A DNA stretch of 64,000 nucleotides from the human T2T-CHM13v2.0 reference genome, Homo sapiens: NCBI RefSeq assembly GCF_009914755.1, contig NC_060937.1; one strand, given 5' to 3'. Position numbers and translations under genes: made by a program. Below are positions 1-13,606 of the stretch, one piece after another. Within the stretch, counting starts at the first letter, position 1, and the number at the start of each line of letters is the position of its first letter. Below the pieces are notes generated by a model. The model saw only the letters and a list, made by a program, of their open reading frames with translations, was not told the origin of the DNA and searched no databases.

Positions 1-1090
1 GTCCCATCAGCCCACTGGCATTTTTTAATCAATTATTGCCACAGTGAGTAATATAAAACATCAGCCCTACATAATATAATGATAGTGGCTGTGCTCAGGT
101 AATACGCAGATGATTTCCAATTGCGGCTAAGCTCCAAGATTTGTCTAATTTACCTCACACTTACCTGACGGGTCCCAAAGCACTACCACATGCCAGGGAG
201 ATGGGTCTGCAAAAGGCTGCAAATCTGGTTGTAAGCCTGGTCAGGACAATCCCTCCTGATGGTCTTTGTGTTAGATCCAGATCCCAAAGGTAGGGGTTCT
301 CTCCTATCATGGTGAATTAATTCCTCTTTGTAGTCTTTTAAGCTAGGAAACTTTGTTTATGAAGATAGCAATTCACTCCCACAGTTTTACTTAACTTTCA
401 AACTTGGGAGGAAAGGCATTGGATATCTGGGACCCTTCCTTCCCAGAATGCACATGGCTCCTTACACTCCCCCAAATTCTTTTCAGGGGCTAGAGAAACT
501 TTCCATAAGCCAAACTAACATTTCTACTATATAATTTCTCCAACACAAGAAGTTTCTGCTTGTCTTAAATTTTTATAACCAAGAAACACAACTGAAGTAA
601 CACTTTCAAGAACATAAAAAATTTCTTTCTTGTTGATTTTTGGCAGCTTATTAAAAGAAAAACAGCAACAAGATTTACCTTATTGATTATTCTGATTAGA
701 ATGTCTTAAATAAATTTGAAAGACAATTTTAAGATTATTTTACAATGTATTATATGTTTTGACAACATTGTTGTGTTATTTATTAGATGGAAAATACTAT
801 AAGAAACATAATTGTATATTCAGAACACCTTATCTACTTCCTTCTTTCATTCAGTTACGGTAATTCTTCTGATCATCATTTGAGATGGTTCTATTTATTC
901 TGTTCTTACAGAGCCAGTTCATTGCCAGAGTGTGAATGCAAACTCCTTTCCTCTCTCTTGTAATGGCTTGACCTGAGGAGTTTCAGGTGGCTGAAATCTG
1001 GTCTGATTTAAGCTGGGTCATTATTCTTCTGTTCTTGAGCCACAATGTTACTAAACCAGCAAAAAAGTACAAAATAACCAAATGGTGATT

Positions 1091-1230
1091 TCTTCATTCA
1101 TTCAAGGAAAGTTTATCAAAAATTTACTGAGTACCAGGAGCTGTGCAAGATTCTTAACTGGCAGTGATGAAAAATGCAGGTAAAATGCTGTATCCTCCAA
1201 AAACTGACAGTACTTAAGGAGTAACAGCTA
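1091..1230 (-). mobile_element. L2 3' end fragment
   Basis: ttcattcattcaa...atttactgagtacc...gctgtgcaag resembles the reverse-complemented L2 tail. Confidence 0.55.
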
Positions 1231-1284
1231 AATGAAAAGAGGAAGAAAACTGCAAAAGAAACTCTAATTGTGGTTTGGTCTCTA

Positions 1285-1360
1285 ATGTGTATGTGGTTTT
1301 AAGCATGTTTTTTACCTCTCTGGGTTTCAGTTTCTATATGTAAAAATTGTGGAATACATT
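1285..1360 (+). mobile_element. MIR core fragment
   Basis: acctctctgggtttcagtttctatatgtaaaaa resembles the MIR core. Confidence 0.5.
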
Positions 1361-1540
1361 TTCAAATTTTAAAATTCTATGAATTTTTTACAGGGTAGCT
1401 GACAATTTTTACATTTTGGTGAATGAAATTTTCAAATGACAATTATATTTAAGATAAAAAAAATTTGAAAGCCTTGGTTTGTGTCTTTTAATTACTGTTA
1501 CTGCTTCACTTATTCACAACCATGTAAATTCTCATTGAGT

Positions 1541-2825
1541 TTTTAATATTGTGGTAAAAATATATGACACCAAATTTGTCATTTCAACTATATCTAAGTG
1601 TACAATTTAGTATAATTATATTCACAATGTTGTGCAAACATCACCCCTATCTATTTCCAAAACGTTTTCATCACTCCAAATAGAAACTCTGAGGTCATTA
1701 AGCAATAACTCTCCATTATTTCCTCCCCTGATCCTTGGTAACCTCTAATCTAACTTCTATCTCTATACATTTGCTTATTCTTAATATCTCATATAAATGA
1801 AATCATGCAGTATTCTTTCTTTTGCATCTGATTAAATCACTAGGCATGTTTTTAAGTTTCATCCATGTTGAAATATGTATTAGAAATTCATTTCATTATA
1901 TGGCTGAATAATATTTCACTGTATGTATATGTATACACACGCATGCGCACACCTACACTTTTTTTAATCCATTTAACTGTTGATGGGCACCTTCAATATT
2001 TCTATCTTTTGGCTATTTATTGTGGATAATGCTGAAAGGGACATTGCTCTGTTTGAGTCCCTGCTTCCAATTGCTTTGGGTATATGCCTTGTAGAATTCT
2101 GGACCATTCAGTAATTCTATATTTAGCCCACTGAGAAGCCACTAACCTCCTTTCAATAGTGGCTACACCATTTTATATTCCCACCAGCAGTTCACATGGG
2201 TTTCCATTTCTGCACATCCTGGATATTTGTTATTTTCCATTTTTTGGATAATAGCCATCCTAATGAGTGTAGAGGAGTATCTCATTATGGTTTTGATTTG
2301 CATTTCCCTCATTACCAGTGATGTTAATAAACTTTTCTTGTGCTTATTAGCAAGTAATTTGTGCATCTTCTTCGGAGAAATGTCTATTCAAGTATTTTGC
2401 CCATTTTTAAAGCTGGGTTTTTGTTGTTGTTGTTGAGTTAGGAGTTCTTTGTATGTTCTGGATATCAAACTCTTATTAGATATATGATTTGCAAATATTT
2501 TCTACCATTCTGTGGGTTTTCTTCTCACTTTCTTGATCATATCCTATGATGTGCAAAACTTTGTAATTTTAATGAGGTCTAATTTATCTATTTTTTGTTT
2601 GCTTGTTTTGTTTTATTGCTCACGATTTTGATGCCATATACAAGAATCCATTGTAAACTCACAGTTATGAAGATTTATACCTATGTTTCCTTCTAGAGTT
2701 TTAGGATTTTAGGTATTATATTGAGGTCATTGATTCATATTGGATTAATTTTATTATATGGCATGAGGCAGGGGCCGAAATCCACACTTTTGCATATGAA
2801 AATCCAGCTGTCGCAAAATCATTTC
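1541..2825 (-). mobile_element. Old L1 (L1MB-like) 3'UTR plus ORF2 C-terminal remnant
   Basis: ORF 2163..2366 (ANKHKKSLLTSLVMREMQIKTIMRY...NCWWEYKMV) resembles the L1 ORF2 C-terminal cysteine-rich region; typical L1MB 3'UTR in reverse. Confidence 0.9.
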
Positions 2826-2829
2826 TCCC

Positions 2830-3390
2830 ATTCTTTGCAAATTAGCCCTAAGCTTGGGTACTTCTTCAACAATGGTTTGTACTGAGCCATACTGAGCCAA
2901 GAGATAAGCCATAGGTGAAAGCATAGGGTCTTTTCAAGTCTGTTATGGGAATATATATGGCTTCTAAATTCCCTACTATACATACGTATTTTTGAATGTC
3001 CTGATTTCCCAAAAAATTTGCCCCCAGCATTCTTCCTTGGCATGGATCATTTATTGTGTATCTCAGCCATAATCTTTTGCCCCAAGTGACTGTGGGTTTT
3101 TCATTAGCTTTATAATACTTTTGAGTAATATTCATCTCTTTTCTATTCTGAATTCAGTGTTAGGTGAAATGGAGATATGAACCTTGCATCAGTAGTTCTG
3201 GTAGCCCCTAGACAAGTGATAAACATATAACCAATTATTTGTGAATAATATCCACTTTACTCCCTCCAGAACCTGGGACCAGGATCCCACCTTGGAAACA
3301 CAGGCCCCTAAGTCAGTGAAGGAGTGGGACAAGGCCAATACAAATGCCTCAAAGTTTTCCTACCATTTGTAAGTTGCTTTATTTTTTAAT
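2830..3390 (-). mobile_element. Old L1 (L1MC/L1MD-type) 5' region fragment
   Basis: aggtgaaagcatagggtcttttc...ggcttctaaattccc...atcttttgccccaagtg resembles recalled L1M 5'-end consensus. Confidence 0.55.
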
Positions 3391-3983
3391 TTTAACTGAG
3401 CTTAAAATCTCAGCTGAAGTTTGAGTATAGCAGAGATTATTAACCCAAAAGGAGGGCTGATTAAAAAAATTAATTTTCATAATATAACCTCATCTTAGTT
3501 CCTATTTTTATTTTTTAAAGGGCTTTTAAAATACTTACACATCTTTATCTAATTTATTTTGTATCTACTGGAAAGTGTCTGTAGCCCTGAATTCTTGAAA
3601 TAAACATTTTTCAGAGCCAAGAACTTTCTGATTGATTTTTGGGTCTACAGTTACTTAAATAATAAGTTGCTACTCATTTATGTATTTTTCTCCAATGTAT
3701 TCATCTCCTTGTCAGACCAAATTAAAGAGAGTAAAACAATAACTAAGCTAATAGATGAATAAGTAACAATGATATATCATGTCCAATGCCTGCTAACCTG
3801 TGATCATTCTAAGTAGTTGGCAGAAGATTTGCCATTTACAGTGGTTTATTTAAAAAAGTGTCAGTTTTGCCATATTTGTTATATTTTGTGGCATATAGGC
3901 CGTCAGAACGTTGGTATTTGTGGATTATGGATGAATTCTATAAGTGACCATTCATTTTCACATTTCTAGCCTACGCCTATTCC

Positions 3984-4080
3984 TATATGTTATATATATT
4001 TTATATATATATATAATATATATATAATATATATTTAATTAAAGTAGTGTATATATATAACAGTAGTATACATATATATA
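3984..4080. repeat. (TA)n-rich low-complexity tract
   Basis: Runs of tatata seen directly. Confidence 0.85.
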
Positions 4081-5409
4081 CACTGCTTTAATTAATCTTA
4101 ATATCAACTGAAATTTATCTTGTATTCTATTTGTTGCTGTTAGATGAAGTGTTTCTTTCTTGTTTCCTCCAAAAAGTTCTAATTTGCATAGATTTCCAGG
4201 GCAACATTGTTCTTTACTTACAAATGCCTGTATTTCTATTATTTCTGATATGCCCTCAAGGGTTTTAATTGATGAAATAAGTCTTTTTCTTAATGTCATT
4301 TACTATGTTGATTTTTTTTTAATATTTCTGCCATTTGTTAGAATTTTATTCTCCTTATTCCCAGAAACAGTTTCACACTTCACAGGCTAAAATGATATCT
4401 ATGGATGGGCTCTATAATGTTTTGGAATGCTCTGGTTGGCTGCATTTTTAGTTTTGCTCACTAAAAAATGGCATAAGAATTTAAAAGTTATATTCTTAGC
4501 TTTAAAAACTAAGTCAAAATTCTTTCGGACATGTGGTCCATTTCTAATACTCAGGACAGATCAGGAGGGGATGGTAGGCAGAAACTGGTAGGAGATTATT
4601 CATTGGTGTAGAACAGTTGATGAGATCCTGATTTACCCATAAAAGATGATACACTGAAAGGTGGCTAATAACATCACTGGAGCTGGAAACTTAGACATGA
4701 TTTCACAAATGATTGACACGTCAGGGCTAGGAAAGAGTCTACCTTTTAACTGGGGTTCTAACCAGGGTTCTCATCCTAAAGCTATGTTAGATATAAGAGA
4801 AACCTTCTTTATTAAACAAAACCCAGAGCTCCAACATTTCAGCCTGGTAAGAAGAAGTTGGAGGAGGATGAGATCAGTTCATTAATCTGCTCTGATTCTG
4901 TTTCTCTTTGATCTTTTTCCCATTTGGTTCCCTCACTCAGATTAACAGTGTTACCTTCACACTGAGTTATTCCATTTTCACACTCTGGTACAGTATAGAA
5001 AGAAATGCTCTCTCATGGGTTTTCAAAGCACAACTAAAATGGCTTTAATATTAACAAATAAGACTATAAAGAAAGAAAACAAATAAATAGACTCTTACTT
5101 GCCACATGTAGGTTTAATACCTCACTATAATGAAGGCTATTCCAATGTGTACACATTTTATCCATCTCTGCCTCCAGTGCCAGAGCTGGGATACAGCTTC
5201 ATCATCACCTTGTCTGCATTCCCTGCTTTCCCATTCCCAGGTTGCCTTCATGTCAAAGTTGCCAACATACCTCCAGCAAAAAAGAATTTAATGCAACTGG
5301 TAATGCTAAGCTTTCTTCTCACTATTAACCCAAATGTTTACATTGCATATTTTAGGCTTCCATGATTTTCACTTTGCGTATTGAAATTAGCATGTACAAA
5401 TGTTTATCT

Positions 5410-5950
5410 TTTTTTATTATACTTTAAGTTTTAGGGTACATGTGCACAATGTGCAGGTTAGTTACATATGTATACATGTGCCATGTTGGTGCGCTGCACC
5501 CAGTAAATCGTCATTTAACATTAGGTATATCTCCAAATGCTATCCCTCCCCCCTCCCCCCACCCCACAACAGGCCCCTGTGTGTGATGTTCCCCTTCCTG
5601 TGTCCATGTGTTCTCATTGTTCAATGCCCACCTATGAGTGAGAACATGCGGTGTTTGGTTTTTTGTCCTTGCGATAGTTTACTGAGAATGATGGTTTCCA
5701 GCTTCATCCATGTCCCTACAAAGGACATGAACTCATCATTTTTTATGGCTGCATAGTATTCCATGGTGTATATGTGCCACATTTTCTTAATCCAGTCTAT
5801 CACTGTTGGACATCTGGGTTGGTTCCAAGTCTTTGCTATTGTGAATAGTGCCGCAATAAACTTACATGTGCATGTGTTTTTATAGCAGCATGATTTATAA
5901 TCCTTTGGGTATATACCAAGTAATGGGATGGCTGGGTCAAATGGTATTTC
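5410..5950 (-). mobile_element. 5'-truncated young L1 (about L1PA3/L1PA4)
   Basis: Near-consensus L1PA 3' end; ORF 5621..5803 is the ORF2 C-terminus (DWIKKMWHIYTMEYYAAIK); TSD tttatct(t/c)tt at 5403-5412 and 5951-5960. Confidence 0.97.
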
Positions 5951-6479
5951 TTTATCTCTTAATTGTGAATTTTATCACTTAAAAATCATGAGGCTATGCA
6001 GAAAGATGCAATTCCTTGTTCTTTTCCTCTCTCTTTATTTTATATTCTTTAAGTCTGATTTAATCTGTAAGTTTGATTTAACTCCTGAAGTCTGATTCAG
6101 ACATTGCCATACACAGTCTTCCCATTATTTATGGCTTTTTGCTGAGGACACTGTCTCTTTACATTTTGTTCATTTTCTTTCAGAGATTCTAAGAGATTAC
6201 TTTGAAAATATTTTTCTTGGAAGCATTTTTGAAGTTGTTTTTCTCTGTAGTTTTGAATGAATCATCTGATCTCTGCTCTTTATTTAAACATCATTTCAAA
6301 ATTTAATCTCCTCCATAAGACTAAATAACATTCTGTGTGATAGCAGACATTTTCTGCACAGCATTACAAAAGGGAAACAAAGTATTGTTATAGTAACTTG
6401 GACTTTTAATTATGTTTATTTGTATGTTTGTGAACCTCCTATTTCACTGCAAACCACAGTCCAACATTCTGTGTAAACT

Positions 6480-7790
6480 TTTTATTCATTCATTAATTCA
6501 TTCATTCATTCATTTAATTATTCAACAATTTTTTTATTAGATGCCCACAGTGGGCCAGGCCCTTTTCATGCACTTGGCATTTGTTATACAACAGAAAGTG
6601 GCCTTGTTTTTATTCTTGTGGCAGGTGGTGAGAGAGAACAACAAATTGAAGAAATACATTATATTATGCCAGAGTATATCTGTATATTAATGTTATATGT
6701 AATAAGAGTCTATGTGGGAAAAAAAACTGGGCCAGTAAAGCAGGGTAGCAGACAGATCAAGTGCTAGGGTGGAATGGGGCATATTAAAATATTAAATAAT
6801 GTTACCACCGTAGGCCTCTCAAGGAGAAAACATTGGAGTCAAGATTTCAAGGAGCAAGAGAATTAGCCAAATGGATATCAAAGAGAAATCCTTCCAGCTA
6901 TCCAGCTATAAAAAACAGGCCAAGCAAGTATTCTATTATTTCATAATAAATCACCACAAACAGTAAGTTAAAACAACACCCATTTCTTATCTCACACTTG
7001 TGTAGCTCAGAGGTCTGGGTAGATGTGACTGGGTTCTCTGTTTAGAGTTTCACCAGGCCAAAAGCAAGGTTTTGGGCAGAGTAGGCTATCTGGAGGACCT
7101 GAGGAAGAATCTACTTCCCAGCTCATTCAGGTCATTGGTAAAGTTCAGTTTCTTGTGGTTGCAGGTGTAAGTCAGCACCTTCCTGTTGGAGGCCAGCAGG
7201 GGAACACAATCAGCTCCCAGAAGTCACTCTCAGTTCTTCCAGGCAGCCCATTCCATTCCAGTGGCAGAGAATCTTTCCCATGACAAACCCCTCTCATGCT
7301 TCAGATCTCCCTGGCTTCCTTTTCTGCTACCATCCAGAGAAGACTCTCTACCGTCAAAGAGCTCATGTAATAAGGTTAGATCCACTAGTATAATCTTCTT
7401 TTTAATTAATTCAAAGTCAACTGATTAGCCTCAGTTACATCGGCAAGATCCATTTTTTCCAGGTAATGACACATGTTCATGGGTGTGATCTCTCATCATA
7501 ATCAGTCCTGGGATCAGGGTGAGATATTTTGGGGAGCCATTTTATAAGTCTGCCTACCACAGGCCCCAAGGCAATGATATTCCAGGAACATTGAGAAGTC
7601 ACAGGTAGCTGGAGAGGAGTGTACGTGGGGGTTCCAAGAGGTAATAAGCGACCTTATGCAGGGTCTGAAAGGTGTGGGAAGAGTTCACGGAGGTAATGGG
7701 AGATGCTTACATGGGGTACTGTAGGTTATCTTAAGAACTTTGAATGTTACATGGAGTGAAATATGGAGCCACTACAGGATTTAGGATAGA
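6480..7790 (-). mobile_element. L2 fragment interrupted by an MLT1 LTR
   Basis: (ttca)n tail at 6485-6515; L2-like sequence resumes at 7562-7790 (ggagtgaaatatggagccactacaggattt). Confidence 0.7.
6929..7561 (-). mobile_element. MaLR solo LTR (MLT1E-like)
   Basis: aataaatcaccacaaac...ttaaaacaacaccc start and ctgcctaccaca end. Confidence 0.85.
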
Positions 7791-8174
7791 GTTTTTAAAT
7801 ATTTTTCTTACTTGAGGACAAACCATTGTACAGAAGAACAAAGTATATACATTTTTTCTTCTAAACATTGCTGAATATAATAAGTAGCTTTAAATTCTTT
7901 TAATTTATTTTTATATTAGCATTAGAAATAAACATTAAACATTTCTTTCCTGAAATGGAACCATCAGAGAATTTTTTTAAAAAATTATGTTCCAATGGAA
8001 GCAGATGATAATTTATAAAGCAAATAAATTTGACACATTTGGTACTCAGGAGAAATCTTTTCAGACTTTGTGATCAAATTCTGTCAAATTTTCTAGTCAT
8101 TTTCTTTATATTTTGTTTTTATAGTTGCTTTTTATTTGATTAAATGTTAGTAACAATTCTGATGAAAATGTCAA

Positions 8175-8495
8175 TGATCATGACAGCAACGACTAGTGCT
8201 TACTAAATTCCTGTACTCAGCAGACATTTTTCTCAATGCTTTACTTCTTTAATTCATCAGTCATCACAAAAATCCCTAGAGGTAGCAACTGTAATTTTCT
8301 CCATTTTATACATGAGGATAGTGTGGCATGGAGAGCTTAAGAAATCTGCTCTGGATATGTTAATTTGTTTCACTATTGTAACTATTTTATTATACACATG
8401 TACCACATAAAATCATGTTGTATACCTTAAATACACAAAACAAAATTTTATTTTTAAAATAATAATAATAAATCTATTCTGGGTCTCACAGCTAC
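8175..8495 (-). mobile_element. MIR interrupted by an L1MA tail
   Basis: ctccattttatacatgagga...agagcttaagaaatctgc; MIR resumes at gtctcacagcta. Confidence 0.7.
8355..8470 (+). mobile_element. Short L1MA 3' tail
   Basis: atcatgttgtataccttaaatacac...A-rich tail; TSD aaatct(gc/at)tctgg at 8342-8354 and 8470-8482. Confidence 0.8.
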
Positions 8496-8519
8496 TGTGA
8501 CACACTAAATGTGATGAAC

Positions 8520-8705
8520 ATGCAAAATCACATCTAAGCCTTACAACTCTTCACATATACCATATGTGAAAGGTACAATGATCATCACTATTTTTCAGCA
8601 ACAAAAACACACTAAGCTATATGCATGTTAGGTAGCTTTTCCACACTCTTATGGTTAATTGCAGAGTTTGACTTGAATTTATGTCCTCTGGCTCTAGGGC
8701 CTGGG
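8520..8705 (-). mobile_element. Degenerate MIR
   Basis: MIR-like 3' to 5' motifs ending gaatttatgtcctctggctctagggcc. Confidence 0.5.
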
Positions 8706-9162
8706 ATGAATACCCCCTGTTAACATTTCTTGTCTTAAGAACACAGAAGTCTGGGCTGAGCCCACCTTGAACTAAGGGGTGGGTCAGCAAACTTTTTATA
8801 AAAAGGGCCAGATGGTAAATATTTTAGGCTTTGCAGGTGATAGTGTCTATCACAACTACACAACTCTACCATTGTAGCAAGAGAGCAGCCACAGACAATG
8901 TATACACAAGTAGTGTGTATGTTGAAGTGGCTATGTTGAAATAAAACTGTACACTAGTTCCCCCTTATCTTAGGGGGATATGATGTAATACCCCTGGTGG
9001 GTACCTAAAGCCATGGAGTACTGAACCCAATTGAAGTCAATCAGAATGCATTTCTGTTCATGTCTTCTGCCCACAAATTTAATACCTTTTCCATCTTAAC
9101 TAAGCACTTCTCATACACTGTGGCTACAACTTTGGCAGTTTAAGGTGTGACAGCAAAACTGG

Positions 9163-9891
9163 TGTAACTGCCCAATGGGTTGGTCTTGCCTGCTGCCCAG
9201 ATTGAACTGATTTATCAAGACAGGAGAAGTGCAATAGAGAAAGAATTTAATGCAGGCAGAGCCAGCTAAATGGGATACCAGAGTTTTATTATTACTCAAA
9301 ACAGCCTCCCCCCAAATTTGGAGGTTGGGGTTTTTAAAGATCATTTGGCAGGCAGTGGGCTAGGGAATGGGGATTGCTGATTGGTTGGATTGGTGATAAA
9401 ATCATAGGGAATCAAAGCTGTCCCCTTGTGCTGAGTCAGTCCTAGGTGGGGACCACAAGAACAGATAAACCAGTTTACAGGGCTGGGTAGCTCCAGCTGA
9501 TCCATCAGAATGCAGGTTCTGAAAAGTACCTCAAACAGCAATCTTAAGTTTTATAATAATGTTATTATCTATAGGAGCAACTGGGGAGGTTAGTAATTTT
9601 GTGGCCTCTGATTGCATGACTCCTGAGCCACAATTTCTAATCTTGTGGATAATTTGTTGGTTTTACAAAGGCTGTCTCTCAGCAAAGAGGGGGTTTGCTT
9701 GGGGGAAGGGCTGTTATCATCTTTATTTCAAAGTTAAACTACAAACTAAATTCCTCGCAAAGTTTGTTCACCCTACACCCAGGAATGAACAAAGGCAGCT
9801 TGGAGGTTAGAAGACAGACAGAATTGGTTAGATCAGATCTCTTTCACTGTCAGAATTTTTTTCAGCTATAATTTTTGCAAAGGCAGTTTCA
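9163..9891 (-). mobile_element. ERV1 solo LTR (LTR8A/LTR8B-like)
   Basis: TG...CA ends; minus-strand start tgaaactgcctttgcaaaaattat; 4-bp TSD ctgg/ctag. Confidence 0.85.
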
Positions 9892-10078
9892 CTAGCACAA
9901 ATTTCTGTTGCCTTCTTCACAATTTAATAGATAGAAGATTCATTCTTACTATAGATCTTAGCAACCTCAGCATACAACTTTTTTATTTCCTTATGAAGTC
10001 AAGAACTTTCACCTTTTCACTTAAAGAAAGCACTTTATGGCTTCTCTTTGGCATATCTGAACTGTCAGCAACACTACT

Positions 10079-10664
10079 TGTGATGGTTAATATTCGGTGT
10101 CAGCTTTACTGAATTGAAGGATGCCGAGATGGCTAGTAAAGTATTGTTTCTGGGTGTGTCTGCGAGGGTCTGCTGGAGGAGACTAACATTTGAGTCAGTG
10201 GACTAGGAGAGGAAGACTTGCCCTCCGTGTGAGTGGGCACCATCCACTTGGCTGCCAGCGCAACTACAACAAAGCAGGGGGAAGAAGGTGGGATAAGTTT
10301 ACTTGCTGAGTCTTCTGGCTCTCTTTCTTCTTCCAGTGCTGGATGCTTGCTCCTGCTCCTCCTGTCCTTGGACATCAGACTCCAGGCTATTCAGCCTTTG
10401 CACTCTGGGACTTGCACCAGTGGCTTCCTGGGGACTTTTGGGCCTTCAGCCACAGACTGAAAGCTGCACCATCAGCTTCCCTTGTTTTGAGGCTTTCAGA
10501 TGTGGACTGAGCCACTAGCATCTTCTCTTTTACCCTAGCTTGCAGATGACCTATTGTGGGACTTTGCCTTTTAATCATGTGGGTCAACTGTCCCTAATAA
10601 ACTCCCTTCTATATATACATATATCCTATTTGTTCTGTCCCTCTGGAGAACCCTGACTAATACA
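10079..10664 (+). mobile_element. ERVL solo LTR (MLT2A2)
   Basis: tgtgatggttaatatt...ggagaaccctgactaataca. Confidence 0.9.
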
Positions 10665-11094
10665 TTAGTCTTTTGCTTTGGGGCCATTATGAAGTAAATT
10701 AAGGATTCCCTGAACACAAGCACTGCAATACTGTGACAGTCGATCTAATAACTGAGAGGGCTCCTAAATCACTAAGGAGCAGGTGCATAGATAGTGTAGA
10801 TCCTCTGCACAGAGGGAAGATTCAAGTCCCCAGCAGGATGGGATCTGAGAGCACAAGATTCAGTCATGCTACTCAGAATGCTGTGCAATTGAAAACATAG
10901 AACTCTTTTATTTCTGGAATTTCCCATTGAATATTTTAAACCCAGGTTGATTGCAGGTAACTGAAACCATGGAAAGCAAAATTACAGAAAAAGGGGGAAT
11001 CACTATATTTACAAAAGTAGGCAGTGGGCCAGGATTGACCCTTGGGCAGTAATTTGCTCACTTCTGCTTTACAGAACAGATAACTAACAAATTA

Positions 11095-11660
11095 CCACTG
11101 CATGCAAACAGTATGAAATAATATTTTTAATACAAGGTTGAGCAAAAGGCCAGCTGCAAAGGAGCAAATGCTGTTCAAATTTATTTATATAAAATTCAGT
11201 AACAGGAAAACCTGACCTATGGCTATAAATGTTAGAATTGTTGCTCCCTTTGTGCAGAGGTAGTGACTAAGAAGGGCCAAAAGTGAGACATCTGAGATAC
11301 TCTTAATATTCTAGTTCTTCACATGAACATAAAAACGGGAACAGCAGACACTAGGACCTCCTTGAGGGTTCAGGGTAGGAGGAGGGAGAAGATTAGAAAA
11401 AATAAGTATAGGGTACTATGCTTAGTACCTGGGTGGTGAAATAATCTGTACAACAAACCCCTGTGACGTGGCATGAGCTTACCTATATAATAAACCTGCA
11501 CATGTACTCCTGAACCTAAAATAAAAGTTAAAAAATATAGATATTCTAGTTCTTGGCATGGGTGATGTTTATATGATTTCACTGTGTGAAAAATTAATCA
11601 GTTGGTTCAGATTGTGCGCACTCTTTAAATGTATATTTCAATATAAAGTGAAAACACAAT
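11095..11660 (+). mobile_element. L1ME-type 3'UTR fragment interrupted by an L1PA tail
   Basis: Old L1 3'UTR motifs on both sides of 11320-11540. Confidence 0.6.
11320..11540 (+). mobile_element. L1PA15/16-like 3' tail
   Basis: aataatctgtacaacaaacccctgtgac...aacctaaaataaaagtt; perfect 14-bp TSD atattctagttctt at 11306-11319 and 11541-11554. Confidence 0.9.
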
Positions 11661-11811
11661 TTTAAAAAGCTAAAAAACTGAAAAACTGTAATAAACCTGA
11701 TCAATTATCCAGTATAGCAAATTGGATAATATATACTAAAATGAGAATGTAGAAAATGCTGAGGGCAGAGGTGGTGGAAGAAATTGAGAAAGCACAAGAT
11801 TCTCATAATAA

Positions 11812-12020
11812 AAATAATAGCTAACATATTAACATTTAATAGTTTTTAGGAATTGTGTTAATTGCTTTACAAATATTATCTGAGCAACCCCAGACTACAG
11901 CCCTAAAAGACAGTATCAATAATGTTTCTACAGTTGAGGAAGCTGAGGCACAAAAATGTTGAATACCTTTGAAATAATCATGAAGCTGGTAAGTAGAGGA
12001 AAAGAATACAAACCTGAGTC
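11812..12020 (-). mobile_element. MIR
   Basis: aataatagctaacat...tacagttgaggaagctgaggcaca...ctggtaagtagagg. Confidence 0.75.
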
Positions 12021-12170
12021 AAGAGAAATAATAAGAGAAAAGAAGAGAAGACACGGAGCAGGACTGGAGACTTGTGGAAAGTGAACACTAGACTCCACTT
12101 AGGAAAATGCAAGTCTTTTTAGACCATTGGAATGACAAAGAAACTCCCTAGACAATTGTGGATGAGAAAC

Positions 12171-12897
12171 CGTAAGCAGCGGTGAATCCACACGGGTCTA
12201 CAGCAGCCTTAATTCCTGCCTCAGGAGGAAGAGTTCAACTGAGAGGCATAAAGTGAGAGGGAGAGAGGGAAAGGGGTGTGTGGGGGAGAGAGAGAGAGAG
12301 AGAGAAAGAAGACACCAGGGCAAGTTTTAGAGCAGAAATGGAAGCTTATTAAAATTTTTAGAGCAGGAATGAAAGGAAGTAAATTACACTTGGAAGAGGG
12401 CCAAGCAGACAACTTGAGAGATTCAAGTGTATGGTGTTATCTTTGACTTGGGGTCTTATACATTGGCATGTTTCTGGGGTTGCATTACTTCTTCCTTTGA
12501 TGAGGGCTGCCCACATGCACAGTGGCCTGCCAGCACTTGGGAGGGGCTGCATGCACCAGGTGTTTACTGGAGTTGTTGTGCGCATGCTCACTTGAGGTGT
12601 TTTTCCCTTACCTGTACAATGTTTCTAGAGGAAGGTCACATTCTAGTTACACTCCATTTTGCCTGTTAGGGCACATGCTTGAGCCACTCACTCAGCTCCT
12701 GGGACCTTATTAGGAAGATGCTGATCACCATCTATCTGTTGAGAGACTGCCTTTCCCTGGCATAGACTGTAATCAATTATTATTTTAGAGAGACATTTTA
12801 ACAACTGCCTAACCATCACCTGATGTTGCCTGACATTTCGGGTGGGGGTGGGGGATCTTCTGCCCTGCTCATGTCTGGCTAGATACCAACTCTAACA
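12171..12897 (-). mobile_element. ERV1 solo LTR (MER50)
   Basis: Minus-strand start tgttagagttggtatctagccagacatgagcagggcag; internal (GA)n at ~12286-12306. Confidence 0.85.
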
Positions 12898-13259
12898 ATA
12901 CCATGTATTTGTAATAGGCAATTTATTTTTGATAGTCAATTTCTTTTTGTACAGCAAACAACATAGCAACCCCCACACTATCACTGGACCATGAAGAGGA
13001 AGAAATTATCCAGAAACCCCATATGATTGATCAAATTATTCAGGAATATCACATTGATCTTATTCTGAGAGTTTGTCATCTGAACAAGTTCCTAATTGTC
13101 TCATATCTCTCTTTATCCAGTCACTAGTAGGAATATAAGCTTCACAGTCTATCTAAAATACCTTCACTACTATCCTCATACTGCTATTAAGAGACACACA
13201 TGACTTAATCTCATTCAATCACCATACCTATACATCTATGCAGTTCCATATTTGAAAAC

Positions 13260-13606
13260 AGCAGACTTGCTTTTTATTCCTCCCTACCTGAATTTTTCCT
13301 TTGAGATATTTGTTTCTAATGTTTATCAGATCAGAAAGAACCACCTAGCCTGCACTACCTAAAGAGGCTTTCCCCACAAGTCACTTACTACCTTGCCATG
13401 GTGTTGATCTCAGTTGTTGTATATGTCATCCTCTATACTTACTTGTTTTCTTATTTCTTTATTATCTGAAACTCTGACTGTAATATGAGCTTAATGAGGC
13501 CAGAGAGTTGTCCTATTTAGCCCTGTATTGTACTTTTCAAATTATCAGGCAGTTATCTGGGTTCAAGAATTCAAATATTTCTTGAACACATGTGCGAATG
13601 AATGAA
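13260..13606 (+). mobile_element. L2 3' end
   Basis: Ends caaatatttcttgaa...gaatgaatgaa. Confidence 0.6.

Larger units (their letters stand above)
8952..11005 (-). mobile_element. MER44 (Tigger7-derived) DNA transposon carrying a transposase N-terminal remnant
   Basis: TIR-like ends cactagttcccccttatc and aagggggaatcacta with TA target sites; minus-strand remnant DMPKRSHKVLSLSEKVKVLD. Confidence 0.85.
8776..11070. mobile_element. MER58A (hAT-Charlie) split by a MER44 insertion
   Basis: gggtcagcaaacttttt...aataaaactgta on the left and tatttacaaaagtaggcagtgggcc...tttgctcacttctg on the right. Confidence 0.85.

Noticed and set aside
5400-5756. 118-aa Cys/Pro-rich ORF
   Set aside because: Standard antisense reading of the L1PA 3' end
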